Shown in pieces: positions 53,793-64,000 of a stretch of DNA of 64,000 nucleotides. The notes under the pieces are model-generated. The model ran no database searches. It saw only the letters and a list, made by a program, of their open reading frames with translations, and had not been told where the DNA came from. Every line of letters starts with the position of its first letter. Position 1 is the stretch's first letter. Source of the DNA: Yuukianura sp. NJ FZ-2021 (lineage: Eukaryota); assembly GCA_046563655.1 (NCBI GenBank), contig CM102286.1, positions 14,260,001-14,324,000 on the forward strand, in the 5' to 3' direction. A program made the translations under genes and the position numbers.

Positions 53793-55688
53793 ATGGAACC
53801 AGAAGAGATCCTTTCGGAGGTAAAACGTTTCGAACAGTAATCGATTGTGACGATTTTGGTCAAAGGAAAAGCGTTACTGTTTTTGTTATGACGAACAGCT
53901 GTTGCCTGAAATCCTGTGTTATTTGGAGCCTCATGATCTTCTGAGCTGCCGTCTTGTCAACCAAGAATGGAACCATGTAGCATGCAAATATCTTAAACCC
54001 CGATGTGAATCAATTCAGCTCCTGTCGGAAACCAATCTGCATGACTTCATCTCTACAGTTGCGGAGATCACTGGCCCCGATTTCCCATTTTCAGGGTTCC
54101 ACTTGGCCGTGTCCAGCTTTAAACGGGAAGATGTGGAGTCGTTTGCGACTACATTCGGATATCACGTGAGAGAGTACGACTTGGATCTGGACTTTACTGG
54201 ATCCACTTCCTGCTTAACTTACTATCAAGCGGTGGAAAAAGTTGGGATTTTGCTCAAAAGTTCACCCAATCTCGAAATTCTGAGAATCAAGGACGAGAAT
54301 ATTGAGATGGACTTTACAAAATTCAAGTTCCAAGATCACTTTCCAGTTGTGCTGCCGCATCTACATGTACTTGAAATCCAAGTGGACCAACTGCTGCGTC
54401 AAAGTCTTGGAACTAAAGTACATTTTGGCCTACTGCATCAATTAGTTCAAATTACTCCGGCCCTCCAGCATTTTGTGATTCATTTTATTGGAAACGGATT
54501 CTGGAATAGCCAGTTGTCCAACTTACTCATTGCTATGCAACATGTACCGAGGATTAGTCTAGTCAACTTATCCATTCGTACAGGTAATCACTAATCCACT
54601 GAATCGCCGATTCCTCAGAATTGAGTCACTAATTCTTGGATTTTTACCTAACAGATGACGTTCGAAGAGGAAATATGCAGAGTCTCGTAGCAATCAAATG
54701 TCAAATCCAAGAATTGAGTCTCGTCATCATGAATTCTACGTGCAATCCTCAAGTGCTGTTTCGTCTGCTCTACGATTGGTTAGAAGTTGATGGTCAAACA
54801 CTCGTAAAACTTCAACTCAAAACGGACAATGTTGGATTCTGTATTCCGTTTCTCAAAAGTTTGCAAACGCTGGAACTAAATCTTTCAAAGAAATTGGACA
54901 TTCAAGAAAACGTTTTCTTGCAACGATTCCTTCCAGAACAATTTCCAAAACTTGAAGAAGTTTGTCTCTGCAGCTACTCCGAAGTCACAGACTACTTTTC
55001 ATGTGGAGTTTTTCCCAAAGTGACTACACTTACGCTGGACTCTTACCAGGATGAAATCATCAAGGAACCTTGGAATCAAATTTTTCCAAATCTGAAGAAA
55101 TTGAAACTTCTAAGCGCTCTTCCATCTCATCTTTCGTTTGTACTTATTCATCTTCCATATCTCCGCAATTTGATTGTTGAGTTTAATACAGAAAAAGCAC
55201 CGGATTCAGATGTGGCTCGAGTCCTCGGTGGATCCATCGGTGGAACAACGGGAGTCAATGGATTTTATTACCTTCCTTCGCTAGCAAACATGCAACGTAA
55301 GTGTCAAAGTCCAAAAATGAATTTAAAAAAAAAAAAAAAAAAAGTTGCAAAATTTTGATTTTTTTTTAAATTTTGATCGTTTTTTTTTTGTTTCAGGTCT
55401 TCAGCGCTTAGAATTACGAAACTGCGGCCCTGACACTGTGAATACTCTTTTGTCCATGTCTTCCACCGGCCAATTCCATCGCGTCTCTACACTGAAGTGT
55501 CACCTCAAGGGGCTACAGCATGTTAGTCAATCTTATTTATTAAAATATGTTGTAATTAATAAGACATTTTTATTAAAATATTAGTAATATTTTATTGAAA
55601 TATTTTGTATTCTCAACAGGATTTGATCAACATTCACGCTCAACTGGAACCATTTCATGACCGTGTTGTAATCAGGGCCGAAAAATAA
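53793..55688 (+). CDS. F-box protein with LRR-like C-terminal region
   Basis: Exons 53793-53819, 53899-54583, 54655-55296, 55397-55521 and 55620-55688 join in frame. F-box LLPEILCYLEPHDLLSCRLVNQEW; repeated FPxLxxLxL motifs. Confidence 0.88.
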
Positions 55689-57139
55689 TTCAGGGCCTAC
55701 TCGATCATCCATCTGAGGCTATTCCGTTAATTCCAATTTGTCTTAACAGTAATTACTTATCGTAACTAACGTCCGAATTTCACGCAGCGTCTAATTTCCA
55801 GAACTATTTCAATGCTTTTAAGTTACCATGGCTGACCAAGCTCAATTTCATCCGCCCCTTAATTTGGAAATTACAAATTGTAATGGATTAATCCCTGCAG
55901 AATTCTTTTGTTCTCTGCAAAATTTCATGTGCTAGTGCTATCCTCATTTGATATGTTAAGAAGGAAGAAAGTGGCTCTCCTGAGCATAATTTAGTTCCCT
56001 CTAAAAATTTTTTTTCAAAAATTTTAAATTTTCCTCAATATTGCTTCCTCCTATTTGGTAAAAAGCAGTGATTTTATAAAAAGCGAATTTTATTTCCTCT
56101 CAACTTGAATATTTTTTACCGTCATGATTCTGGATGAAAAATTATTCAATTTTGGAAAAAAATTATGCAAAAACAATCACTCCAAAAAAAATTCGATAAT
56201 CGTTCGAAGTTTCCCGCCTCTTAAACGAAAATTTGTGAGAAGATTTTGACTTATGTCTTTGTCATTTTTGTTATTTGTTTGACGTGTTTTGCGTGTTCTT
56301 TCTTTTGCAGGTTTTGAGACTAGGATTTCTTTGACAGTTTTGACTTTTTTTTTCAGGGTTTCACTTTTGTTCTCAAATTTTCCGTTGTATTTTTTTTTGT
56401 TGGATCTTAATCCATTGTTTTATGGCTCTTCTTTTCCCACTTGTAGGAATAATTGGGATGTTCAATTTTTTTTTTCTTTTTTGAAAACTTTGTTCTTCAT
56501 CTTCCGTGGACTTAAGGAGGAGAAGACAAGAGAAAGTTCATGTTTCCTCCCGAGGCTTGACGTCAACTCACGTAATCCCTACGCTAACCAATACTCCTCA
56601 ACATGACTTTCACCAACCAACAAATCCCTCTTTCACCTCACCCAAAGTACAAGGAAATATGAAACGGAGTAACCATGGCAACCAATCCTCAGGTTAGTTT
56701 TGTAGCCCAAGAGACGCCTTCTTCAGTTCTCCTATTTTTAAAATAAGTCCATTCAAATGCTTTCTCTTGCAGGATACACTGAAAGTGAAAGTACGACAAC
56801 CACAAGGGCACTTCAACAATGGGCACATCTATGGCTGGGAAAGTGCCACTTTAAAAAAAGAATGCCCACGTGATAAGAAATTGCTAGTATTGGACACGGC
56901 GGGAGGTTTCAAGTTTTTGAAACTTTTTATTTTTGAAATATGAGAAGTTTTTAAGAAAACGCCGCCAAATTCCCAAGTCGCGCTTGATCTTTCTGAAAAA
57001 GTCGCTTTTCTTTGGATAAAATTTTAACAAAAAGTTGAATTCACAAAAATTTGAATTGTATAAAAGTTTGCATTTACAAAAATTCGCAATTTTTTAACGA
57101 GAAAGTTTTAAATTTTGGGGGCTCTAACCACGGCTCAGG

Positions 57140-57330
57140 TTTTTTTTCTAGAAATTTTTTCTCTTGGAAAAAGAATTCTTGAAATCTCTGGAAATTTTTC
57201 TTTGAAAAAAAAATTCGCGACATCTCTGTAAATTTTCCCTTTTGGAACAAAAATCTTAAAATCTCTTAAAATATTTTCTCTTCGAAAAGAAAATGTTGTC
57301 GAAATCTCTCGAATTTTTTTCTTTCCAAAC
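57140..57330. repeat. Degenerate minisatellite, about 40-bp unit x5
   Basis: Repeated gaaatctct..aatttttt(c)tct...gaaaa units. Confidence 0.65.
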
Positions 57331-58451
57331 GGAATTGAATCCAATCAAGATGAAATCTTAAAAAAAAACTCTTTTTTCCGCTTTTCTTCCAGGAAACGAA
57401 CATGAAGAAGAGGCTGAAAAGTGAAATTGAATTCGGAAACGACTAAAAAAGCAAGAAAAGGAAATTAAATGGAAGGCGAGCGGAAATCATTTAGGTTCAA
57501 ATCTTTTTACAATTGGCTCCAAGCTTACCACGTCCATTCCACTACTAAGCCTAACCTAACAAAAAGCCTAAAACCTAACCTTAGAACCATCTTTTGTGCA
57601 ACTTTCCAGTTTTTTGCAATGTTTCATGAAGCATAAATGTGTGACCTATTTATATTCCCATGTTCTGTTGGCAATTATCCTTGAACTACTAAAAGACTAA
57701 ATTTCCTTTAGTCTATTTAGTGTATCATGGGAATTAGGATCGAGAGAGACTAAAAACAGTTTTAGTCTTTCAGTCCTAGGACTAAATTGTCATCTCCTAA
57801 TTTATGTATTTTGTATTGGTAGATCCCATTGTCATGATCAGGCATGTCAAAAATATTTATTCTCCGTATTTGAAATTATCAAAGAATTATTCATCAGATT
57901 CATAAAAAACCCAAATACTAATAATAAATATTTATTTATTAAATTTCTTTATTATTATTTGTTTATTTAGTAAATATTTATTCATTTGCCTATGTTCTTA
58001 ATGTTAAATCGGTAAATATTTGGGTGATTTTTAGAAGAAACAACGTATTTTGTGTCAATATTTCGTGCTTTTTTAGCGCATATTTTTGACAGGGCTGATC
58101 ATGACGGATGACATTGAGATTAGATTGGATCCAATTGGACAGATTAGGACATACTGGAAGCTCTGGAGTTCTGGAAGGCTTCTGGCTTCTATAACAAAGT
58201 TAACTTTTGTCAGGAATACGTGCCAACTGCTGGCGTATCTTGTGGAGAATCTTGCAATGAATTGTTCATTAGAACATCAGAGATGTTTGGAGTGCTGGAG
58301 CTGTAACATTTCCTGGATGGATGCCCATATACATGCTTCTTGGTCGATTAAGTTCTGTCCCTGTGGAGCTCAATCGAGCGACTGACACTTTTCAGTCTCA
58401 CAGAGATCGTCCACAAAAAGAATCCGACTGGGGAGTTGGGAGGTCAGCCGT

Positions 58452-58510
58452 GGTTCCAGAAAAACTTTCTCCAAAAAAAATATTTTTGGAGAAAGTTTTT
58501 CCCAGGGACC
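58452..58510. repeat. 59-bp hairpin with GGTTCCA/GGGACC ends, possible minimal family A element
   Basis: ggttccagaaaaactttctccaaaaa...tttttggagaaagtttttcccagggacc. Confidence 0.55.
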
Positions 58511-58725
58511 TTCTGCTGTAGAACCAACTTTCTCCCGGATTCGGACTTTCTCGGCGAATCTCCCCGAATTCAGTTCCGCTCCGCCTTAACAACGGTATAT
58601 CCGGACCGAGAATGTGGGAGGGAAAACATATGCCTTGTTTCTGGGATGTTTTAGACCGAAGTCTATGCTTAGACTAAACTAACCGACCAACTACTAGCCT
58701 AACTTATTTCAGGAGTGGAAATAAT

Positions 58726-58989
58726 CAAGGTTCCTTGACAACGAAAAGTGAATTTTCTTTAACAGGTTGCATACTACCTCCCTAGTTGACAAAAAATTAA
58801 AAAATAAAAAGAAAAAATAGTAGCAATCCAAAAAAAACTAGTGCCAAATTATATGCAAAACTTAAAAGATTCGGCTGTATTGTTATGACTCACGATGCTC
58901 TGAAATGGAAAGAAATTTTTTCTTGTAAAATCAGAAAAACATGAGGTATTAGGCAACCTGTTAAAGAAAATCAAAGTCAAAAAACCTTG
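58726..58989. mobile_element. MITE family B
   Basis: CAAGGTT...AACCTTG with inner aacaggttg/caacctgtt. Flanks gaaataat / gaaataac (7/8). Confidence 0.85.
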
Positions 58990-59484
58990 GAAATAACAGT
59001 CCCGTAGAACGGGAATACTCAAATGTAAAATTCAGCAGGATGATGTCAGGAATGCTATGGTGCAAAGACTATTATACGTAGTTTATAGTACTCGGAGAGA
59101 GCACCCAAGCCTAAAACTTTTTTTGCACTGTGTAAACTGTATACTGTGGGCATAGGGTGTGTCTACAAGTTGGTCTCCCAGAAGTCCCGGTCACCCACTC
59201 CTCAACCATAACCCAACAAACTGGAACAAGTCAAAGTAGTTTGTAGGCGAGCGGAGATGAGAGAGGTTGGTTGGGTTAGTGTTATAACAGTGTCCGGAGT
59301 GGTGGTGGTTCGGTCGGTGGGTTTGGGACAGAACCACCCGTCTACCTTATCATTACAAACATTACAGTTACGATAGACCAGTAGTTATATCCAGCACAGC
59401 TAAAACTTAACTTAGTTTGTAAAGGTAACTATCCTGATAAGGAGTTAATCGATTAATTGATGAAAAGTGGAAGTTAGTGTAAAC

Positions 59485-59585
59485 ATGAGCAGTCGTTTGG
59501 GTGGGGAGAATGGCGGGGGTGGGAGTGCTACAGGTGGTGGGAGTGTTGGTGGCTCCTCTGGAACGGGAATGATTTACCAATGGAG
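59485..59585 (+). CDS. Candidate Gly/Ser-rich upstream first coding exon of PKC
   Basis: AAACATG context; MSSRLGGENGGGGSATGGGSVGGSSGTGMIYQW; donor AG|GTAAG in phase 2. In frame with the acceptor at 62825 leading into ATG 62838. Confidence 0.55.
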
Positions 59586-61561
59586 GTAAGAAGTCAATTA
59601 ATTAACTTAACTTAATTAATTAATGCTCCCTGTCTTCTGAATAAACACTTTTCAACAGGTATTATGCAATTCCGTGTTGCGTGGGTTCGGCTAAAGCCTG
59701 TCGCACACTCAACATGCGAATTTCAAAAGTGTAAAAAAAGCGGTTCTCTTTTAACTTTTAAATATTCCGAGTAAATTTTGAATTTAAAAAAAATTTTTTT
59801 ACTCCATAAAGTTTTCTGAATTGCGCCATCATTTTTTATCGTCGCATCAAGAAAACAAAGGGTTTAGGATCCGTGAATTTTTGAAATTTGGCAGACTTTG
59901 GCTCAAATTTTTGAAAAGCGTGTAAAAAATTTGTCTGTTTTTCCTCACTGTCTGCCAACTGTCAAAAATAAACTTAGAAGTTCATGTGTAGTTGACCTTT
60001 GAGAAATGTCTTGTTATGTTAATGTCGCAATTTGCTAATTGCAAATGACGTAACTTTTAACTAAAGTTAGTAGGTTTGTTTGTTAACTAAAGTTAAATTA
60101 AGTTAAAGTTAATTAGGTTTCGCGTGTAAATGTAAATTACCTGGTTAAACACAACGTAAAAACTACGAGAACAACTACTACACAGCTCTGAAGTTCATAA
60201 AACTTTTACTACAATTTCATTTTTTTTTTCAATTTTTTTTTCTTTTTCAAAAACGCGGATTTTTTGAGTTATTGCGTTTTCTAACAAGTTCAGAAGTGTT
60301 GCAGGGGCTTAAATTTTTAAAAAGTGAAAGTGAAACATGCACTAGTCTGTCAGTTCATTTTTTTCTTGTTCAATTTCTTTTTTGATTTGTTCAATTTCAC
60401 TTTTTCCTTTTTTGAAAATTTCTTTTTGAACTTTCATTTCCTTTTGGTTGTTCAGAAGGAAGGAAGTTTGATTTGCTGGAGTTTCTGGCATTTTTGAAAG
60501 AAAGGCAGAGCATGTTAGTTTTTTTGAACCATAACTGTAAAAGTGAAGGGCGGCAATATTTATTTTGAGTGTCTGGGCGAGGCGGGTATTTTTGAAAAAG
60601 AAGATTTCGCACGTTCGACATTTCAAAAGACGTTCACGTCCATCTCTGTCTTCTTTCTCCAACTTTCTCCTGTCAAAAGTCCATAAGAGATGAAAAATTC
60701 TGCAAATTTTTTTGGGAGAAGTGGAGGCATTCTTTTAATCAAGTGAAGGAGCAGAGTGGTCTATGTGTCTGTACTTGTTGATTGAAATATGGGAATGACG
60801 CAGCATCATTTCTTAAAAGAGGTCACTTGACCTTGGTGACATCAGAGGTCAAGTGACCAATTTCCTGGAAGCCATTACTTAAATGTCTTCTATCACAAAG
60901 ATTATGTTACAGGGTCAACATAAGGTCAAAGATGTAAAAAGAAAGTAAAGATGCTGAGGACGGCGATTTTGAAGTTTTTTGCAACCTCATGACATTTAAT
61001 GACATTGAAAACATATTGTCATTCTAATCGTCTTTGGCTTGAAAACTGCATAAGTTTTTCAAATTCGAAAAACTAATACTTTTTTGGTTGAATTTTTAAG
61101 AATTTCATCATTCCAACGACCACCAAAACTTTTTTTCATTTTTCGAAATTTCGTTTTTGGAATGAAGTAGAGGCTGTTTTAGTTTTTTTTGAAGTTGTAA
61201 AAAATATTTTATATTTTTAAGAAACAAAAGCTTTTTAGAAAAGTTGTGGAAATTGTTCCACCTGCTGCTGTTCTCCCCAAAGTCTTAAAAAATAAAACTA
61301 ACTCTAAAAAAAATTTTTTTTATTAACTTTTCTCCAACTTCTCGATTTTCGAACTTCACAAACAAGTTGTTTTCAAAAAGTAATTTTTTTTTCAAAAAGT
61401 AAGTGAAAGGCCCTACAAGTGCCAATTTTTTCCAAATCCCAATAGACCTTAGCAAGTTACGTGCTGTTTTGTTACTTAACTTTCAACTTTAGGTTGCCTA
61501 ACACGTAACTTAACACTTCAATGATCACGGACTCAATAAATATCGAAACTACCCGCTTCTC

Positions 61562-61800
61562 CAAGGTTCCTTGACAACTGAATTGTATCCCTTCAACAGG
61601 TTGTCCAATTACTCGGGATTTTCAAAAATCTCGAAAAAATAATTTTTTACTCCAATTTGCCAAATGGATTAGCAACATGTAAATAATTCCATAAAAGCTG
61701 CAGGAGAAAATTTTTTACGAATTTTTTAACAATTCTTAAAACATTGAGTTATTGGACAACCTGGTGTAGAAAAAACTTTTTTCTCTGTTTACGAACCTTG
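61562..61800. mobile_element. MITE family B, diverged subfamily
   Basis: CAAGGTTCCTTGACAAC...GAACCTTG, inner caggttgtccaat/attggacaacctg. Flanks cgcttctc / cccttctc (7/8). Confidence 0.8.
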
Positions 61801-62837
61801 CCCTTCTCCGATTTCCACTTTCAACGTCTATTGTATTATTTTAGTCTTTTTAGTACTTTGTAGACAATCATCGCTCAATTGGAAACAAAAATAAAACTAC
61901 AAATCCTACCAAAACAACCGTTTTTTATATCTCCCAAGCTTCCAATTTTCAAAAAACTTACAGAAAAAAGATTTTTTTATCCCCAAGTTTCCAGTTTCTG
62001 AAAAAAAGTACAAGAAAAAAATTTTTTTTTGTTAGAAAATCTACCCAGTTGGATTTGAAACCTTAGTACTAAAAGATAGGTATTTTCTTAACCTTAACCA
62101 CTTTTCTATGGTTTCACTTTTTTTTCTCACAGTTTTTGTGACGAACGAAACTAAACTTGAAAAAAAAAGAAGAAGAAAAGAAGTTCTCCTTGCCATTTTT
62201 TGCTAAAAAGTAGAGGTTTTGCGTAAACTATAAAATTCAATGTATATTTTCATACTAACAAGGCAGAGAGTATAGCAGCTTAAAGCTGGTTGCTAAATTG
62301 AAAAAAAAAATTCTACCAGTTCACATCTGTCGTTCGTCACAATCACAATGGAAATCTGCAACTATTAAAATTTTATAACTTCTTTTTTAGTTTTTCGCAA
62401 TTGTAGTGATTACCGATTGACGCAAGCAAAAGCTAGAATGTAGATGTTCGATTCGACTAAAGCGAAATTTTGGTTAGCAATTTCGACTAAAGTGAAATTT
62501 TCTAAGCAGTTTTCGTCGACTAAAAAGTGAAATTTTGTCTAACGGGTTTGAAAGGAATGATTTTTAGAGACGTTTTTAGATTAATGGTTAGTTTTCGAAA
62601 AAGTGCAATTTTTTCAGTTAATCGTTGGTTGGGAGTAAAAAGTGGAATTTTTCCGTTTCATCCGACTTTTTTGTAAGAGGAGAAGAAAATGGCGAAATTG
62701 CTTTTTCCGGGGAAAGTGAAAAAGTGAATAATTGATTTATTGGCTTCGTTACTTTTTAGATGTTGATTCAACAAGACTAACTTTAGCTTAACTTTAACGT
62801 GTAATTTCCGTTTGTAATTGACAGTAACCAACCGAGT

Positions 62838-63807
62838 ATGATGGGCGGAGGGAGTGGGAGTGGCGGAGATGATCATCGATCATCTTCGTCGGATTTGGAT
62901 TCCTCATTTCGAATTGGATTCAAAAGAGCACGGAAAGGAGCACTCAAGAAAAAAAATATCTACGAAATCAAAAATCACAAGTTTATTCCACGCTTCTTCA
63001 AGCAACCTACGTTTTGTTCACATTGCAAGGATTTTATTTGGTAAGTTTAACTTTTTAGTAAGTTACTAAAAAAAAGTAAGTTTTATAGCCTAACCTAATG
63101 TTGAACTAACGTCAAAATGTAAAGTTAAACATTGGTGGCGGGTGATCGATTCCCCAGGAGAGAAGGCGGTTGACACTTAACAGTTCAATTTACTCAAGGT
63201 GTGGTGACACGCGTCATTGTAGAAACCAGTTTTCAAAAAACAGAAGTTTTTAGAAGAAAAAAATTGATGAAAAAAAACCAACAATTTCGCAGATCCAAGT
63301 TTTGCTTGCTTAAAAAAATTTCATGAATTTAAAATTTTTCGAAACACAAAAATAAAAATTTTCCTTTTTGTATTTTTTTAGGGGCTTTGGAAAACAGGGT
63401 TACCAATGTCAAGGTGAGGCAACTTGTTGCTTTTTACTAAAAAATTAGCACTAATGTTAAAATTTTAAGTTGAAATTTGTAATTGTGTTGTTAATTAAGT
63501 GTTAATTGTAATTAAGTTTGTTAATTTTATGTTTTGCAGTTTGTAGCTTTGTGGTTCACAAGCGCTGTCATGAATTTGTGTCGTTCAACTGTCCTGGTGC
63601 TGACAAAGGAGCTGATTCAGATGTAAGTCAATATTTTTTAAATTTTAAAAATGAAAATCAAAATTTTGAATACTTTTATGTTTTTGATGTTTTAGGATTC
63701 ACGTACTAAACACAAGTTCAAGTCTCATACGTACTCCAGTCCCACATTTTGTGATCACTGTGGCTCCTTACTCTATGGCGTCCTTCACCAAGGACAAAAG
63801 TGTACAG
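62838..63807 (+). CDS. Pkc53E: Classical protein kinase C (PKC-alpha/Pkc53E-like), 5' part; continues beyond the window
   Basis: Exons 62838-63040, 63382-63413, 63540-63622 and 63696-63807. Pseudosubstrate [10 protein letters not shown]1[36 protein letters not shown]1[24 protein letters not shown]. Confidence 0.95.
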
Positions 63808-64000
63808 GTTAGCTGAATCTCAATTTTTCAAAAAAATGTGAAAATTTTTCACTTGTTTTTAGCCTTGCTTTTACTCTGCGTCACTCTTTTTCAAAAAGTC
63901 CAAAAATTCCCATCAGTTAAAATCCAGACTTTTTTTAACGGCGAGAACTTTTAGCAAGTGCAAGACGTAAAATTTGCTTGCGTTTCTTTCATTTTTTTCA

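Noticed and set aside
56446..57480. Possible spliced orphan gene or lncRNA
   Set aside because: Splice-like sites exist, but no convincing continuous ORF or start could be built.
58086..58654. GC-richer segment with short ORFs, possible decayed retroelement
   Set aside because: No reverse transcriptase, integrase or transposase motif recognisable.

Overview
AT-rich eukaryotic genomic DNA with short (about 60-110 bp) GT-AG introns. It is clearly animal and probably arthropod; a springtail-like hexapod is my inference, not something shown. Genes reconstructed by hand from splice sites: a GT31 beta-1,3-galactosyltransferase (minus, 5884-7737), an RGS protein (30907-32170), a CFAP276/C1orf194-like ciliary protein (45765-46721, 7 small exons, missed by the ORF track), a divergent nanos (47354-48448), a Gfo/Idh/MocA oxidoreductase (minus, 50770-52876), an F-box protein (53793-55688) and the 5' part of a classical protein kinase C (59485/62838 to the window end). 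Region 34-53 kb is a rearrangement patchwork. It holds a tandem family of small orphan ORFs, a DUF389 pseudogene, and an inverted duplication carrying a truncated oxidoreductase joined through a hairpin to a copy of the nanos 3' end. It also holds a 2-exon orphan gene whose intron is filled by a 1.2-kb copy of 9.4-10.55 kb and which lies directly upstream of the duplicated nanos 3'UTR. A 5x34-bp CCAAT/AACAAAG array sits just upstream of nanos. Two MITE families are present. Family assignments rest on recalled motifs; no database search was run.
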